Positions 11,287 through 21,442 of a DNA stretch of 64,000 bases are shown one piece after another (the stretch's first letter is position 1; each line of letters begins with the position of its first letter). The translations under genes were made by a program, and so were the position numbers. Location of the stretch: contig JBBQHK010000012.1 in assembly GCA_038323895.1 (NCBI GenBank), positions 170-64,169 on the forward strand. Direction: 5' to 3'. Origin of the DNA: Lysobacterales bacterium. Its GTDB lineage: Bacteria > Pseudomonadota > Gammaproteobacteria > Xanthomonadales > Xanthomonadaceae. Below the pieces are notes generated by a model. The model saw nothing but the letters and a program-made list of their open reading frames with translations, searched no databases and had not been told where the DNA came from.

Positions 11287-14097
11287 ATGACCACCCTCGC
11301 CCCCGGCTACGACCCCAAGACGTTCGAATCGCGCCTGTATGCGCAGTGGGAGGCCAGCGGCGCGTTCGCGCCACGGGGCGATGGCCCCGCCTACAGCATC
11401 CTGCTGCCGCCGCCGAACGTGACCGGCACCTTGCACATGGGCCACGCCTTCCAGCACACGCTGCAGGACGCCCTGGTGCGATATCACCGCATGCGTGGCT
11501 TCCGCACCCTGTGGCAGATGGGCACCGACCATGCCGGCATCGCCACCGAAATGGTGGTCGGCCGCAACCTGGCCCTTGCAGGCAAGGGCGAAACCCGCGA
11601 CTCGCTGGGCCGTGAAGCCTTCATCGAAAGAGTCTGGGAGTGGAAGCAGCAGTCCGGCGACACCATCGAGCGGCAGATGCGCCGGCTGGGCACCAGCGGC
11701 GACTGGACGCGCAGCGTGTTCACCATGGACAGGATCGCCGCTGATGCAGTAATCGAGGCCTTCGTTCGACTGCATGCCGATGGCCTGATCTATCGCGGCC
11801 AGCGCCTGGTCAACTGGGATCCGGTGCTGAAGACCGCGATCTCCGACCTGGAAGTCGTCAATGAAGAGGAAGACGGCTTCCTGTGGTCGATCGCCTATCC
11901 GCTGACCGACGGTAGTGGCACCTTGGTGGTCGCCACCACGCGTCCGGAAACCATGCTCGGCGATACCGCGGTCATGGTGCATCCCGAAGACGAGCGCTAC
12001 ACGCACCTCATCGGCAAGACCGTGACCCTGCCGCTGACTGGCCGTTTGATTCCGGTGATCGCGGATGACTACGTGGACCGCGAGTTCGGCACCGGCGTGG
12101 TCAAGGTCACGCCTGCGCATGACTTCAATGACTACGCGGTCGGCCAGCGACACACGCTGCCGCTGATCAACATCTTTACGCCCGACGCGAAGATCGTTGA
12201 TGGCGATGACGTTCCCGAGGCCTATCGTGGCCTGGACCGTTACGACGCGCGCAAGGCCGTGCTCGCCGACCTGGATGCACTCGGCCTGCTGGTCGAAACC
12301 AGGCCGCACAAGCTGCAGGTGCCGCGCGGCGATCGCAGCGGCCAGGCGATCGAGCCCTACCTGACCGACCAGTGGTTCGTGAAAATGGACACGCTGGCTG
12401 AGCGCGGCTTGCAATTGGCGGAGCAGGGTGACGTGCGCTTCGTGCCACCGAACTGGATCAACACCTATCGCCACTGGATGGAAAACATCCAGGACTGGTG
12501 CATCAGCCGCCAATTGTGGTGGGGTCACCGCATTCCGGCGTGGTATGACTCCGCGAGCAATGTTTATGTAGGTCGTACTGAAGAAGAAGTACGTCAACGC
12601 CATCGCCTTGCTTCCGATTTCGCACTCAAGCAAGACAACGACGTGCTGGAAACCTGGTTCTCCTCCGCCTTGTGGCCAATCAGCACCATGGGCTGGCCGG
12701 ATACGGACGCCATGGGCGAGCGCGGCTTTGCCGACTTCGTGCCATCCTCGGTACTGGTCACCGGCTTCGACATCATTTTCTTCTGGGTGGCGCGGATGAT
12801 CTTCATGACCGACCACCTGGTCGGCCAGGACAATCCCGAGCTCACCAACGCGCAGCGGGTGCCGTTCCGCGACATCTATATAACGGGTCTGGTCCGAGAC
12901 AAGGATGGCCAGAAAATGTCGAAGTCCAAGGGCAATATCCTGGACCCGCTCGACATCATCGACGGGATCTCGCTCGATGACCTGGTCGCAAAGCGCACCA
13001 CCGGCCTGATGCAGCCGAAGATGGCCGAGAAGATCGGCAAGGCCACCCGCAGGGAATTCCCGGACGGCATCCCCGCGTTCGGCGCCGACGCGCTGCGCTT
13101 CACAATGGCCGCGCTGGCCGGGCCGGGCCGCGACATCAAGTTCGACCTCGCCCGCGCCGAGGGCTACAAGAATTTCTGCAACAAACTGTGGAACGCAACA
13201 CGTTTCGTGTTGATGAATACCGAAGGCTTCAGTGCCGAAGGCGCGCTGAAGCCGAAGACCGATGCCGAACGCTGGATCCTCGCCCAGCTTGCGCAGACCT
13301 GCGCCGAGGCGGAGCAGCATTACGGCAGCTACCGCTTCGACCTGCTGTCGCAATGCCTGTACGAATTCGCATGGAATCAATTCTGCGACTGGTTCGTGGA
13401 GCTGGCCAAGCCCGCGTTGCAAGGCGAGGACGCGGATGCGGCCAACAGCACCCGGCACACACTGCTGCACGTGCTCGACGCGCTGCTGCGCCTGCTGCAC
13501 CCGCTGGTCCCGTTCGTCACCGAAGAGCTGTGGCAAGCGGTGGCGCCCAGGCTCGGCAAGACCGGCGACAGCATCATGACTGCGGCGTATCCGCGCGCAG
13601 GTGACATTGACACCGGCGGCTTCGCCAAAGCAGAGGCCGACATCGAATGGCTGAAGTCGATGGTGTCGGCGCTGCGGCGGATCCGCAGTGAACTTGGCGT
13701 CTCGCCGGCCAAGCAGGTCACCCTGCTGGTGCGTGGCGGCAGTGCGGACGATACCGCGCGCATCGACCGCTTCGACTCGCAACTGCGCTTCCTCAACCGG
13801 ATCGAACGCATCGACACGCTGGACGGCGAACCGCCGGCAGCAGCGTCCGCGCGCGTTGGCGAGCTGGACCTGTTCGTGCCACTGGAAGGCCTGGTCGACC
13901 TGGACGCGGAACGTTCGCGCATCGACAAGGAACTCAAGCGGGTCGAGGGCGAGCTGGCGAAGTCCACCAACAAGCTGGCCAGCGACACCTTCGTAGAGAA
14001 CGCGCCGGCCGCGGTGGTCGAGCAGGAACGCCAGCGCTTGGTCGAATGGAATGCGCAGCGCGACGCATTGATGGCGCAGCGGGTGCGGCTGGGCTGA
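11287..14097 (+). CDS. valS: Valine--tRNA ligase
   Basis: [14 protein letters not shown] (HIGH), [21 protein letters not shown]-terminal coiled-coil arm; start ATG 11287. Confidence 0.98.
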   Translation: MTTLAPGYDPKTFESRLYAQWEASGAFAPRGDGPAYSILLPPPNVTGTLHMGHAFQHTLQDALVRYHRMRGFRTLWQMGTDHAGIATEMVVGRNLALAGKGETRDSLGREAFIERVWEWKQQSGDTIERQMRRLGTSGDWTRSVFTMDRIAADAVIEAFVRLHADGLIYRGQRLVNWDPVLKTAISDLEVVNEEEDGFLWSIAYPLTDGSGTLVVATTRPETMLGDTAVMVHPEDERYTHLIGKTVTLPLTGRLIPVIADDYVDREFGTGVVKVTPAHDFNDYAVGQRHTLPLINIFTPDAKIVDGDDVPEAYRGLDRYDARKAVLADLDALGLLVETRPHKLQVPRGDRSGQAIEPYLTDQWFVKMDTLAERGLQLAEQGDVRFVPPNWINTYRHWMENIQDWCISRQLWWGHRIPAWYDSASNVYVGRTEEEVRQRHRLASDFALKQDNDVLETWFSSALWPISTMGWPDTDAMGERGFADFVPSSVLVTGFDIIFFWVARMIFMTDHLVGQDNPELTNAQRVPFRDIYITGLVRDKDGQKMSKSKGNILDPLDIIDGISLDDLVAKRTTGLMQPKMAEKIGKATRREFPDGIPAFGADALRFTMAALAGPGRDIKFDLARAEGYKNFCNKLWNATRFVLMNTEGFSAEGALKPKTDAERWILAQLAQTCAEAEQHYGSYRFDLLSQCLYEFAWNQFCDWFVELAKPALQGEDADAANSTRHTLLHVLDALLRLLHPLVPFVTEELWQAVAPRLGKTGDSIMTAAYPRAGDIDTGGFAKAEADIEWLKSMVSALRRIRSELGVSPAKQVTLLVRGGSADDTARIDRFDSQLRFLNRIERIDTLDGEPPAAASARVGELDLFVPLEGLVDLDAERSRIDKELKRVEGELAKSTNKLASDTFVENAPAAVVEQERQRLVEWNAQRDALMAQRVRLG

Positions 14098-14152
14098 CCG
14101 CCTTCCGCCCCGAGCTGCGTTATCCCGGGTAGCCATCCAGGGGAGCGGGAGT

Positions 14153-15751
14153 ATGCGTTGCTTGTTGCTGTGTAGCCTTTTGTTGGCCTCCATGCCGTCC
14201 CCTGCCATTGACTTGGTCCTGCACAGCGGCAAGGTGTGGACCGGCGATCCCCTTCACCCGGCTGCAAGCGCCATCGCGATCGACAAAGGCCGCATCGTCG
14301 CGGTTGGCGATGACGCCCCGATCCTTGCTCTCGCGACCAGCGCCAGCCAGCGCATCGACCTGAAGGGCAGGCGCGTGGTGCCGGGCATCAACGATGCGCA
14401 TACGCATGTCACCGTCGGCCTGTTTTCGGTGGATTTGGAGATCGATCGCTCTGGTGGCAGTGCAGCGGTGCGCGAAGCGCTCGCCGAGCAACCCCGTACC
14501 GGGGATCGCTGGATCACCGCCGATATCGGCATCGACGTTTTGACGGATCGGTCGATGCGCATGCGCCAGCTGGATGCGCTTCAGCCCGAGCGACCCGTGG
14601 TGCTGACCGGCTGGACCGGCCACGGCATGCTGGTCAACAGCGCCGCGCAAAAAGCGCTCGGCCTCACGCTGGATGCGGTACCTGCTGGCGGCTGGCTGGG
14701 TAGCGACGCCAGCGGAGCGTTCGACGGCCGCGCCTACGAATACGCGCAATGGTCGCCGCGAGTGAGTCTTCCAGCGCGCCCGCAACGACTGCGCGAAGTG
14801 ATCGCCGAGCACACTGGCTCGCTACTCAAGCTCGGCGTAACCAGTATCCAGAACATGGCGATCGGCACGCCTGTAGAGGAGTTCATCGAGGCCTGGCGCG
14901 ACACTGGCACCCCGTTGCGCGTGCGGGTGATCCGCACCCCGCTCGCCACCAGCCCGGGTCAGGCGATCGTCGATGCACCCGGTCCGGGCATCCCGTCCGG
15001 CGCCAACAAGGACCGGGTCACGGTGTCTGGGACGAAATGGGTTCTCGACGGGACTCCCATGGAGCGTGGCGCGGCCATGCGGTCAGCCTACCCGGACGGC
15101 AGCCATGGCCGCCTGAACTTCAGCCTGGCGGAGACCGAGGCCTTGCTTCGGGAAATACAGGGACGCGGCGACCAGCCGCTGCTGCATATCTCCGGCGACG
15201 CAACCCTGGCGATGGCACTTGACGCAATGGGACTGGTTGCACAGCCGCAGGCATGGCGTGCGCTGCGTCCGCGGATCGAACATGGCGAGGGCCTCGCCCC
15301 GGACCTGGTCGCGCGTGCGCACGAATTCGGTGCCGTGCTTGTGCAGAACCCCGCGCACTTCATGATGCCGCCGCCTGAAGCCGCCTTCATGCAGGCGAAT
15401 TCGCTGCAGCCGTTGGCGTCGGTGTTGGCAGCGGGCATTCCATTGGCACTCGGCAGCGATGGCCCGCCCAGCCCATGGCTCAACATGATGTTCGCCACCG
15501 GCCCTATGTCACGACCGGACGAAGCGCTCACGCGAGAGGAGGTGTTGCGCGCCTACACCAGCGGGAGCGCGTTCGCGGAATTCGCGGAAGCCGAGAAAGG
15601 CACGCTGACGCCGGGCCGTCTCGCCGACCTGATCGTGCTGTCGCAAGATGTGCTGGACGAAAAGGTGGTGCCTGCCCAGGCATTGCCGGGTACCGCGAGC
15701 CTGCTGACCGTGATCGGAGGCGACATCGCCTGGCGCGATCCTGCGCTGTAG
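14153..15751 (+). CDS. Secreted metal-dependent amidohydrolase (amidohydrolase-3/YtcJ-like)
   Basis: Signal peptide, PGINDAHTH, RIEH, LGSD, GTLTPGRLADLIVL. Confidence 0.85.
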   Translation: MRCLLLCSLLLASMPSPAIDLVLHSGKVWTGDPLHPAASAIAIDKGRIVAVGDDAPILALATSASQRIDLKGRRVVPGINDAHTHVTVGLFSVDLEIDRSGGSAAVREALAEQPRTGDRWITADIGIDVLTDRSMRMRQLDALQPERPVVLTGWTGHGMLVNSAAQKALGLTLDAVPAGGWLGSDASGAFDGRAYEYAQWSPRVSLPARPQRLREVIAEHTGSLLKLGVTSIQNMAIGTPVEEFIEAWRDTGTPLRVRVIRTPLATSPGQAIVDAPGPGIPSGANKDRVTVSGTKWVLDGTPMERGAAMRSAYPDGSHGRLNFSLAETEALLREIQGRGDQPLLHISGDATLAMALDAMGLVAQPQAWRALRPRIEHGEGLAPDLVARAHEFGAVLVQNPAHFMMPPPEAAFMQANSLQPLASVLAAGIPLALGSDGPPSPWLNMMFATGPMSRPDEALTREEVLRAYTSGSAFAEFAEAEKGTLTPGRLADLIVLSQDVLDEKVVPAQALPGTASLLTVIGGDIAWRDPAL

Positions 15752-15764
15752 TGCCGCGAATGCA

Positions 15765-15923
15765 TCAACCGAATTCGTCCGGCAGCAGTTCCATCGCCAT
15801 CACGATCGGCTCTTCGCGGCTGTGGTTGGCGCTCGGGTAATAGCGCGGACGGCGACCTATCTTGTTGAAGCCGCTGCGGTCATACACAGTGATCGCGCGC
15901 GAATTGGACGGACGCACTTCCAA
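15765..15923 (-). pseudogene. Duplicated, diverged 3' fragment of rimI
   Basis: Translates LEVRPSNSRAITVYDRSGFNKIGRRPRYYPSANHSREEPIVMAMELLPDEFG*, versus intact RimI LEVRPSNLRAITLYDRSGFNEIGRRPRYYPAANHGREDAIVMAMELLAGD; no 5' half. Confidence 0.9.
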
Positions 15924-15925
15924 AT

Positions 15926-16074
15926 GACCTGGACACGGAACGCACCCGCATCGACAAGGACCTCAAGCGGGTCGAGGGTAAGCTGGCGAATCCAGCAACA
16001 AACTGGCCAGCGACACCTTCGTGCAGAACGCGCAGCGTGAGGCATTGATGGCCCAGCGCACTCGCCTGGACTGA
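15926..16074 (+). pseudogene. Duplicated, decayed 3' fragment of valS
   Basis: DLDTERTRIDKDLKRVEGKLA/(1-nt deletion)/[27 protein letters not shown] matches the ValS C-terminus with an internal 17-codon deletion. Confidence 0.9.
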
Positions 16075-16138
16075 GCGACCTGGCCGGGAGCAGGCGGCAA
16101 TGGCGTTGTTTCACGTACACCCTAACCAAGGAGCGTGA

Positions 16139-16672
16139 ATGATGCTCCATGGCCTGGCGATTTCAATGGCTGGTGCCTTGATGCTCTCGGCATCCACCGC
16201 GAAGGCGCAATCGCCTGCCGCCAGCCCGGAAGCGGCGAAGCTCGCGCTCTACGCCGGCCACTGGAGCGCGTCGGGCCAGTCGCGCGCGGGTCCGTCCAAA
16301 CCGTTCACGCCGTTCTCCGGGTTCGAGACCTGCGAGTGGTACACCGGCGGGCAGGCCCTCGTCTGCCGCGAAACCACCAAGGAAGCGGCCGGTGTGTCCC
16401 ACAACAGTTTCATCATGGCGTGGGACTCCGCCCAGAAGCGCTACACGGTGCACGGCGTCGACGATCACGGCGCGGTCATTACCGGTACCGGAGAAGTCGA
16501 GGCTGGACGCTGGACATGGATCGCGGCATTTAACACGCAGGGCGATTCCATCCCGCTGCGCTTCATCTTCACGCCGGCAGCGGCTGGCGCCCGCGACATG
16601 ACCATCGAGGCTGGCGACGGCAAGGCTGGCTGGACCAAAATGTCCGAGGTGCATTACACGCCACTCGACTGA
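16139..16672 (+). CDS. Secreted hypothetical protein, beta-rich (possibly DUF1579-like)
   Basis: AAGGAG RBS, signal peptide ending AKA|Q, LYAGHWSASG, WDSAQKRYTVHGVDD; family call from recollection only. Confidence 0.7.
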   Translation: MMLHGLAISMAGALMLSASTAKAQSPAASPEAAKLALYAGHWSASGQSRAGPSKPFTPFSGFETCEWYTGGQALVCRETTKEAAGVSHNSFIMAWDSAQKRYTVHGVDDHGAVITGTGEVEAGRWTWIAAFNTQGDSIPLRFIFTPAAAGARDMTIEAGDGKAGWTKMSEVHYTPLD

Positions 16673-16683
16673 GCGGCTCCAGG

Positions 16684-17193
16684 CTAAAGCGGCGGCATTT
16701 TCTCGATGTCGCCTGCCAGCAATTCCATTGCCATCACGATCGCGTCCTCGCGACCGTGATTGGCAGCCGGGTAATAGCGCGGACGGCGGCCGATTTCATT
16801 GAAACCGCTGCGGTCGTACAGGGTGATCGCGCGCAGATTGGACGGACGTACTTCCAGGTACACGCGCTGCGCGCCGCCGCCGCGGGCGATCCGCAAGAGC
16901 GTTTGCAGCATTCGCTGGCCCAGGCCATGGCCTTCGTTCCCCATTGCGGTACACAGGTTGAGGACGTGCGCTTCATCGGCGGCGGTGCTGAGCACACCGT
17001 AGCCGACGATGCCGCCATCGCGCTCCTGCACCCACATTGGATAACCGGCGCGCATGCAGTCACGGAAAATGCCGCGCGTCCACGGAAAGGGATACGCGGA
17101 TTCCTCGATCCGCATCACCTCGTCCAGATCTGTTTCACGCATCGGCCGCAACGTGGCCGGCATCGTGAGATCCGCCGCGCGGACGGCGCTCAT
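16684..17193 (-). CDS. rimI: Ribosomal protein S18 alanine N-acetyltransferase
   Basis: YPFPWT, ADEAHVLN, LEVRPSN, GFNEIGRRPRYY, REDAIVM; start ATG 17193. Confidence 0.93.
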   Translation of the reverse strand: MSAVRAADLTMPATLRPMRETDLDEVMRIEESAYPFPWTRGIFRDCMRAGYPMWVQERDGGIVGYGVLSTAADEAHVLNLCTAMGNEGHGLGQRMLQTLLRIARGGGAQRVYLEVRPSNLRAITLYDRSGFNEIGRRPRYYPAANHGREDAIVMAMELLAGDIEKMPPL

Positions 17194-17492
17194 CAGCGGT
17201 GCTGCCGGCGCAGTGCGCGCAAGCGCGGCCACAAGGCGCGCTTGGCGGACGCGTTGCCATGCAGGCTGGCGATGACGTGCATGTCGTCGATGCATGCCAG
17301 GAGTGCTTCAGTGGTCATGCTTGCCGCACGCGCGACGTGGGCGAGCATCGGGCTACCAATCGATTCGATGCCGGCCGCGGGCAGCTCGGTGTCTAGGGCT
17401 TTGGCATCGGATGCACTGGCGACGCCAGCCTGCCGATACACGACAAGGCCAAGCTCGGCCAATACCTCGCGCTGGAACGGATCCCAGCTCAA
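17193..17492 (-). CDS. 99-aa protein, probable divergent DNA polymerase III psi subunit (HolD-like)
   Basis: TTG start overlapping pssA stop, stop overlapping rimI ATG; N-terminal QREVLAELGLVVYR and C-terminal LHGNASAKRALWPRL resemble HolD end motifs. Confidence 0.55.
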   Translation of the reverse strand: MSWDPFQREVLAELGLVVYRQAGVASASDAKALDTELPAAGIESIGSPMLAHVARAASMTTEALLACIDDMHVIASLHGNASAKRALWPRLRALRRQHR

Positions 17493-18271
17493 GAAGCGGC
17501 ATCCTGCCCCGGCATGCGGCGGCGACGGAGCCATAGCACCGGGCCTGACAGCGCATACAAGGTGGTCGCGGCCAGCAGGGTCTCGGCAGGCGCGATCCAC
17601 AGCGCGATCAGCACCGCCACCACTATTATCAGGGTGACGAACGGAACCCTGTCGGCCTTGGGACCCGAGCCAGTACCCTTGAAACTGCTGTAACGGATGC
17701 GACTCACCATCAACAGGCCGCACACCACGGTCAACGCCAACGCCGCATAGCGCAGCTCTTCGCCCGCCCAGTCGAATTCCTGGCAGGTCCAGACGAAACT
17801 GGCCATCAGGCCCGCCGCGGCTGGACTGGCCAGGCCAATGAACCAGCGCTTGTCGACATGCGCCACCTGGCTGTTGAACCGGGCCAGCCGCAATGCAGCG
17901 CAGGCCGCATACAGGAAGGCCGCCAACCAGCCGAGCTTGCCAGGGGTGATGCCATCAAGCTTCATCGACGAGAGTGACCAGTGATACATCACCAGCGCCG
18001 GCGCCATGCCGAAGCTGATCAGGTCGGCCAGAGAGTCGTACTGCACGCCGAACTCGGTCTGGGTATTGGTCAGCCGCGCCACCCGACCGTCGATGCCATC
18101 GAGGATGCCGGCGATGAAGATCGCGATGCAGGCCGCCTCTATACGCCCCTGCGACGCGGCGATGATCGCGAAAAACCCGCCGAACAGGCCAGCGGTGGTG
18201 AACAGGTTCGGCAGCAGGTAGATGCCACGGCCACGCGGCCTGTGCGGTGGGTTGTCGTCGTTCAGGTCCAT
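17489..18271 (-). CDS. pssA: CDP-diacylglycerol--serine O-phosphatidyltransferase
   Basis: YLLPNLFT, DGIDGRVAR...FGVQYDSLAD CDP-alcohol phosphotransferase motif, RLARFN. Confidence 0.92.
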   Translation of the reverse strand: MDLNDDNPPHRPRGRGIYLLPNLFTTAGLFGGFFAIIAASQGRIEAACIAIFIAGILDGIDGRVARLTNTQTEFGVQYDSLADLISFGMAPALVMYHWSLSSMKLDGITPGKLGWLAAFLYAACAALRLARFNSQVAHVDKRWFIGLASPAAAGLMASFVWTCQEFDWAGEELRYAALALTVVCGLLMVSRIRYSSFKGTGSGPKADRVPFVTLIIVVAVLIALWIAPAETLLAATTLYALSGPVLWLRRRRMPGQDAAS

Positions 18272-18345
18272 GCCGGCAGTGTAGCCGGCTTGCAGTGGCG
18301 CGGCTGCAGTGCTGCAATCCCTCTACACACCCCCCGGAGCATCCC

Positions 18346-18774
18346 ATGGCCCGTCCATCCATTCGCCTGCCTACCTGCTTCATTGCCCTGCTCGGCCTGG
18401 CCGTGACCTGCACGCCGCTGCTGGCGCAGCAGCAAACCGTTTACCAATGGAAGGATGCCAAGGGCGTGACCCATTACGCTGATGCGCCGCCTGCCCAGAG
18501 TCACAAGAAGCGCGACATCAATGCGCGCTCGGGAACCGCAATCGAGGTCGTGGAAAGCAAGAAGTCCGCCAAGGATGCATCCTGCGACAACGCACGGAGC
18601 AATCTTGCCAGCCTGCGCAGCACCAGCCCGGTCGGCATCGACAATGATGGCGATGGCAAGCCAGACTCCAACATGACCGTTGAGCAGCGTGCGGCTCAGG
18701 TCCAACTCAATGAAGCCATGCTCAAGGCGAATTGTTCCGGCCTGGCGACGGCTGGCAACAGCACTGCCGGCTGA
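18346..18774 (+). CDS. DUF4124-domain secreted protein
   Basis: Signal peptide, VYQWKDAKGVTHYADAPP. Confidence 0.8.
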   Translation: MARPSIRLPTCFIALLGLAVTCTPLLAQQQTVYQWKDAKGVTHYADAPPAQSHKKRDINARSGTAIEVVESKKSAKDASCDNARSNLASLRSTSPVGIDNDGDGKPDSNMTVEQRAAQVQLNEAMLKANCSGLATAGNSTAG

Positions 18775-18783
18775 CGTCGCTCG

Positions 18784-19053
18784 ATGAGGCAAATTGGCCT
18801 GCTGCTGGTCGCCGTGGCGCTTGGCGTGGCCGCGTGGTGGTGGTTCACCAGCGAGATGCCGCGTCGCGAACGTGAGCGCGCAGAAGCCGCCCAGGTGGCG
18901 ACGGCCACGGCGGAACGTGCGAACTCGCTGTACCGCTGGCGCGACGCCCACGGCAACCTGCAGGTGACCGATACCCCGCCCAGTGGACGCAAGTACGAGC
19001 GCATCGGCCGCCAGCCCGATGAAGGCATCGAGGTAGACAGCACCCGCGACTGA
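18784..19053 (+). CDS. DUF4124-domain membrane-anchored small protein
   Basis: N-terminal TM helix, LYRWRDAHGNLQVTDTPP. Confidence 0.75.
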   Translation: MRQIGLLLVAVALGVAAWWWFTSEMPRRERERAEAAQVATATAERANSLYRWRDAHGNLQVTDTPPSGRKYERIGRQPDEGIEVDSTRD

Positions 19054-19110
19054 AGGCTGGCTCGGTTCAGCCGTGGCAAAATGCGGGTTCCCTGTTTTGC
19101 GAAACCCGCC

Positions 19111-20835
19111 ATGCGCCTGTCGCAGTTCCATCTCCGCACCGAAAAGGAAACCCCCGCCGAGGCCGAAGTCATCAGCCACAAGCTGATGCTCAAGTCCGGG
19201 ATGATCCGCAAGCTGGCCTCCGGCCTGTACACCTGGTCGCCGCTGGGCTTGCGCGTGCTGCGCAAGGTGGAAGCCGTCGTGCGCGAGGAAATGAACCGCG
19301 CCGGCGCGATCGAATTGCTGATGCCGTCGCTCCAGCCGAAGGAATTATGGGATGAAACCGGGCGCTGGCAGAAATTCGGTGGCCAGCTGCTGAAGATCAG
19401 GGACCGCAAGGAAGCCGAGTATTGCTACGGCCCCACAGCGGAAGAGGTGATCACCGATTTCGCGCGAAATGAGCTCGCCAGCTACAAGCAACTGCCGGTG
19501 AATTTCTACCAGGTCCAGACCAAGTTCCGCGACGAGATCCGCCCGCGTTTCGGGGTAATGCGTGCGCGCGAATTCCTGATGAAGGATGCTTACTCCTTCC
19601 ATGTCGATGCAGCGTCGCTGGATGTCGAATATCAGAACATGTACGACACTTATTCACGGATTTTCACTCGACTGGGTTTGAAGTTCCGCGCGGTATTCGC
19701 AGATACCGGCGCGATTGGTGGGTCGGCATCGCACGAGTTCCACGTGCTGGCCGACTCCGGCGAAGATGCGCTGGCCTATTCCGACGACTCTGGGTACGCC
19801 GCCAATGTTGAACTGGCGGAGGCGGTTTCTCCCGGCGAACGACCCGGCGCGAATGAAACCCTGCGCGAGGTGGAAACCCCGACCCAGAAAACCTGCGAAG
19901 ACGTTGCCGCGTTGATGGGAATTGCGCTGCAGCGCACGGCAAAATCGGTCGCGTTGATGGGCGCCGATACCGAGGGCGGCGTGCCCGGCAACAGGGGGCA
20001 ATTGGTGCTGGCGCTGGTGCGCGGCGACCACATGGTCAATGAGATCAAACTCGCGAAACTGCCGGGCCTGGCCGACTACCGGCTGGCGACTGAAACGGAA
20101 ATCCTCGAGTCCCTTGGTAGCGAGCCGGGTTTCCTCGGCCCGCTCAATCCTGCAAAACCCATCCGCGTGATCGCAGACCGCAGCGTGGCGGCAATGGCGG
20201 ATTTCGTGGTCGGTGCCAACAAACCCGGCTTCCATATTGCGGGGGTCAACTGGGGCCGCGACCTGCCTGAACCGGAAATCGCCGACATCCGCAACGCGGT
20301 TGCGGGTGATCGTTCGCCGGATGGCAAGGGAGTGCTCGCCATTGCCCGCGGCATCGAGGTCGGCCATGTGTTCGCGCTGGGCTGCAAGTATTCCGAGGCG
20401 ATGAGCTGCAAAGTGCTCGATGCCAACGGCAAGGCGATCAACCCGGCGATGGGTTGTTACGGCATCGGCGTGTCGCGCATCGTGGCCGCCGCAATCGAAC
20501 AGAACCACGACGACAGCGGCATTTTGTGGCCCAGCGCGATGGCGCCATGGCAGGTCGCGATCTGCATCATCAATCCGAAGAACGATCCTGCTGTGCACGT
20601 TGCCGCCAATGCGCTGTATGCGGAATTGAATGCCGCGGGCCTGGATGCGGTGCTCGACGATCGCGGCCTGCGCCCGGGGGTAATGCTGGCCGATATCGAA
20701 CTGATCGGCATTCCGCATCGCGTCGTGGTGTCCGCGCGCGGGCTGGAAGCCGGCAGCTTCGAATATCGCGCGCGGCATGCAGCTGAATCCGAACAACTCG
20801 ACCACGCCGGATTGCTCGGGAAACTCCTCGCCTGA
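19111..20835 (+). CDS. proS: Proline--tRNA ligase
   Basis: [47 protein letters not shown]. Confidence 0.97.
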   Translation: MRLSQFHLRTEKETPAEAEVISHKLMLKSGMIRKLASGLYTWSPLGLRVLRKVEAVVREEMNRAGAIELLMPSLQPKELWDETGRWQKFGGQLLKIRDRKEAEYCYGPTAEEVITDFARNELASYKQLPVNFYQVQTKFRDEIRPRFGVMRAREFLMKDAYSFHVDAASLDVEYQNMYDTYSRIFTRLGLKFRAVFADTGAIGGSASHEFHVLADSGEDALAYSDDSGYAANVELAEAVSPGERPGANETLREVETPTQKTCEDVAALMGIALQRTAKSVALMGADTEGGVPGNRGQLVLALVRGDHMVNEIKLAKLPGLADYRLATETEILESLGSEPGFLGPLNPAKPIRVIADRSVAAMADFVVGANKPGFHIAGVNWGRDLPEPEIADIRNAVAGDRSPDGKGVLAIARGIEVGHVFALGCKYSEAMSCKVLDANGKAINPAMGCYGIGVSRIVAAAIEQNHDDSGILWPSAMAPWQVAICIINPKNDPAVHVAANALYAELNAAGLDAVLDDRGLRPGVMLADIELIGIPHRVVVSARGLEAGSFEYRARHAAESEQLDHAGLLGKLLA

Positions 20836-20935
20836 AAGGGCTTTAGTCCGGGCATTTGCGCCAGGCATTATCCGAAGTTAATATGCAAAACCCAACCGGG
20901 GTTTCCCCGACGGCAACCCAGAGGATCAACATCGC

Positions 20936-21331
20936 ATGAGCATGAATATCGAAAACCTCAGCACCAAGGAACTGGCCGACCTGATCGCGCGTGCCAGCAA
21001 GCGCAAGAAAGTCCTGGCCAAGCGCCGCCCGGCCGCGCAGGTCAAGGCAGCCGTGGCGAAGTTCCTCAAGAGCACCGGCTGGGACTTCGAGGAACTTTAT
21101 GGGCAGGCCCGCCCCGCCAAGCCCGCCGCCGCGGCCGAGAGCAGCACCACCACCGCTGCTGCGCCCAAGGTGCGCAAGTCGACCAAGGGCCGCAGCCTGG
21201 GCAAGGTGCCGCCGAAATACCGCAACCCGGCCAATGCCAAGGAAACCTGGGCTGGCCGTGGCAAGCAGCCACGCTGGCTGTCCGCTGAAACCTCGAAGGG
21301 CCGGAATCTCCAGGAGTTCCTGATCAAGTAA
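20936..21331 (+). CDS. H-NS family nucleoid-associated protein
   Basis: C-terminal PPKYRNP...ETWAGRGKQPRWL DNA-binding motif. Confidence 0.9.
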   Translation: MSMNIENLSTKELADLIARASKRKKVLAKRRPAAQVKAAVAKFLKSTGWDFEELYGQARPAKPAAAAESSTTTAAAPKVRKSTKGRSLGKVPPKYRNPANAKETWAGRGKQPRWLSAETSKGRNLQEFLIK

Positions 21332-21354
21332 GCGAAGGTTTCATCGCAATCAGC

Positions 21355-21380
21355 AAACGCCGGCGGAAGCCGGCGTTTTT
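21355..21380. terminator. Intrinsic terminator between convergent H-NS and exporter genes
   Basis: AAACGCCGGC-ggaa-GCCGGCGTTTTT. Confidence 0.8.
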
Positions 21381-21442
21381 CATTGGGGCAAAGTCACGCT
21401 TGATCAATCTCCAGGCCGGTGGATGTCCTGACAGGGATCGGA

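Noticed and set aside
11077-14232. 1051-aa antisense ORF over valS, and similar long shadows over pepA, ETF-QO, gspD and gspE
   Set aside because: Expected in high-GC DNA opposite well-supported genes; translations show no recognisable motifs
15822-16150. Short ORFs 15822-16040 (+) and 15857-16150 (-) as new genes
   Set aside because: They are off-frame or chimeric readings of the rimI and valS fragments
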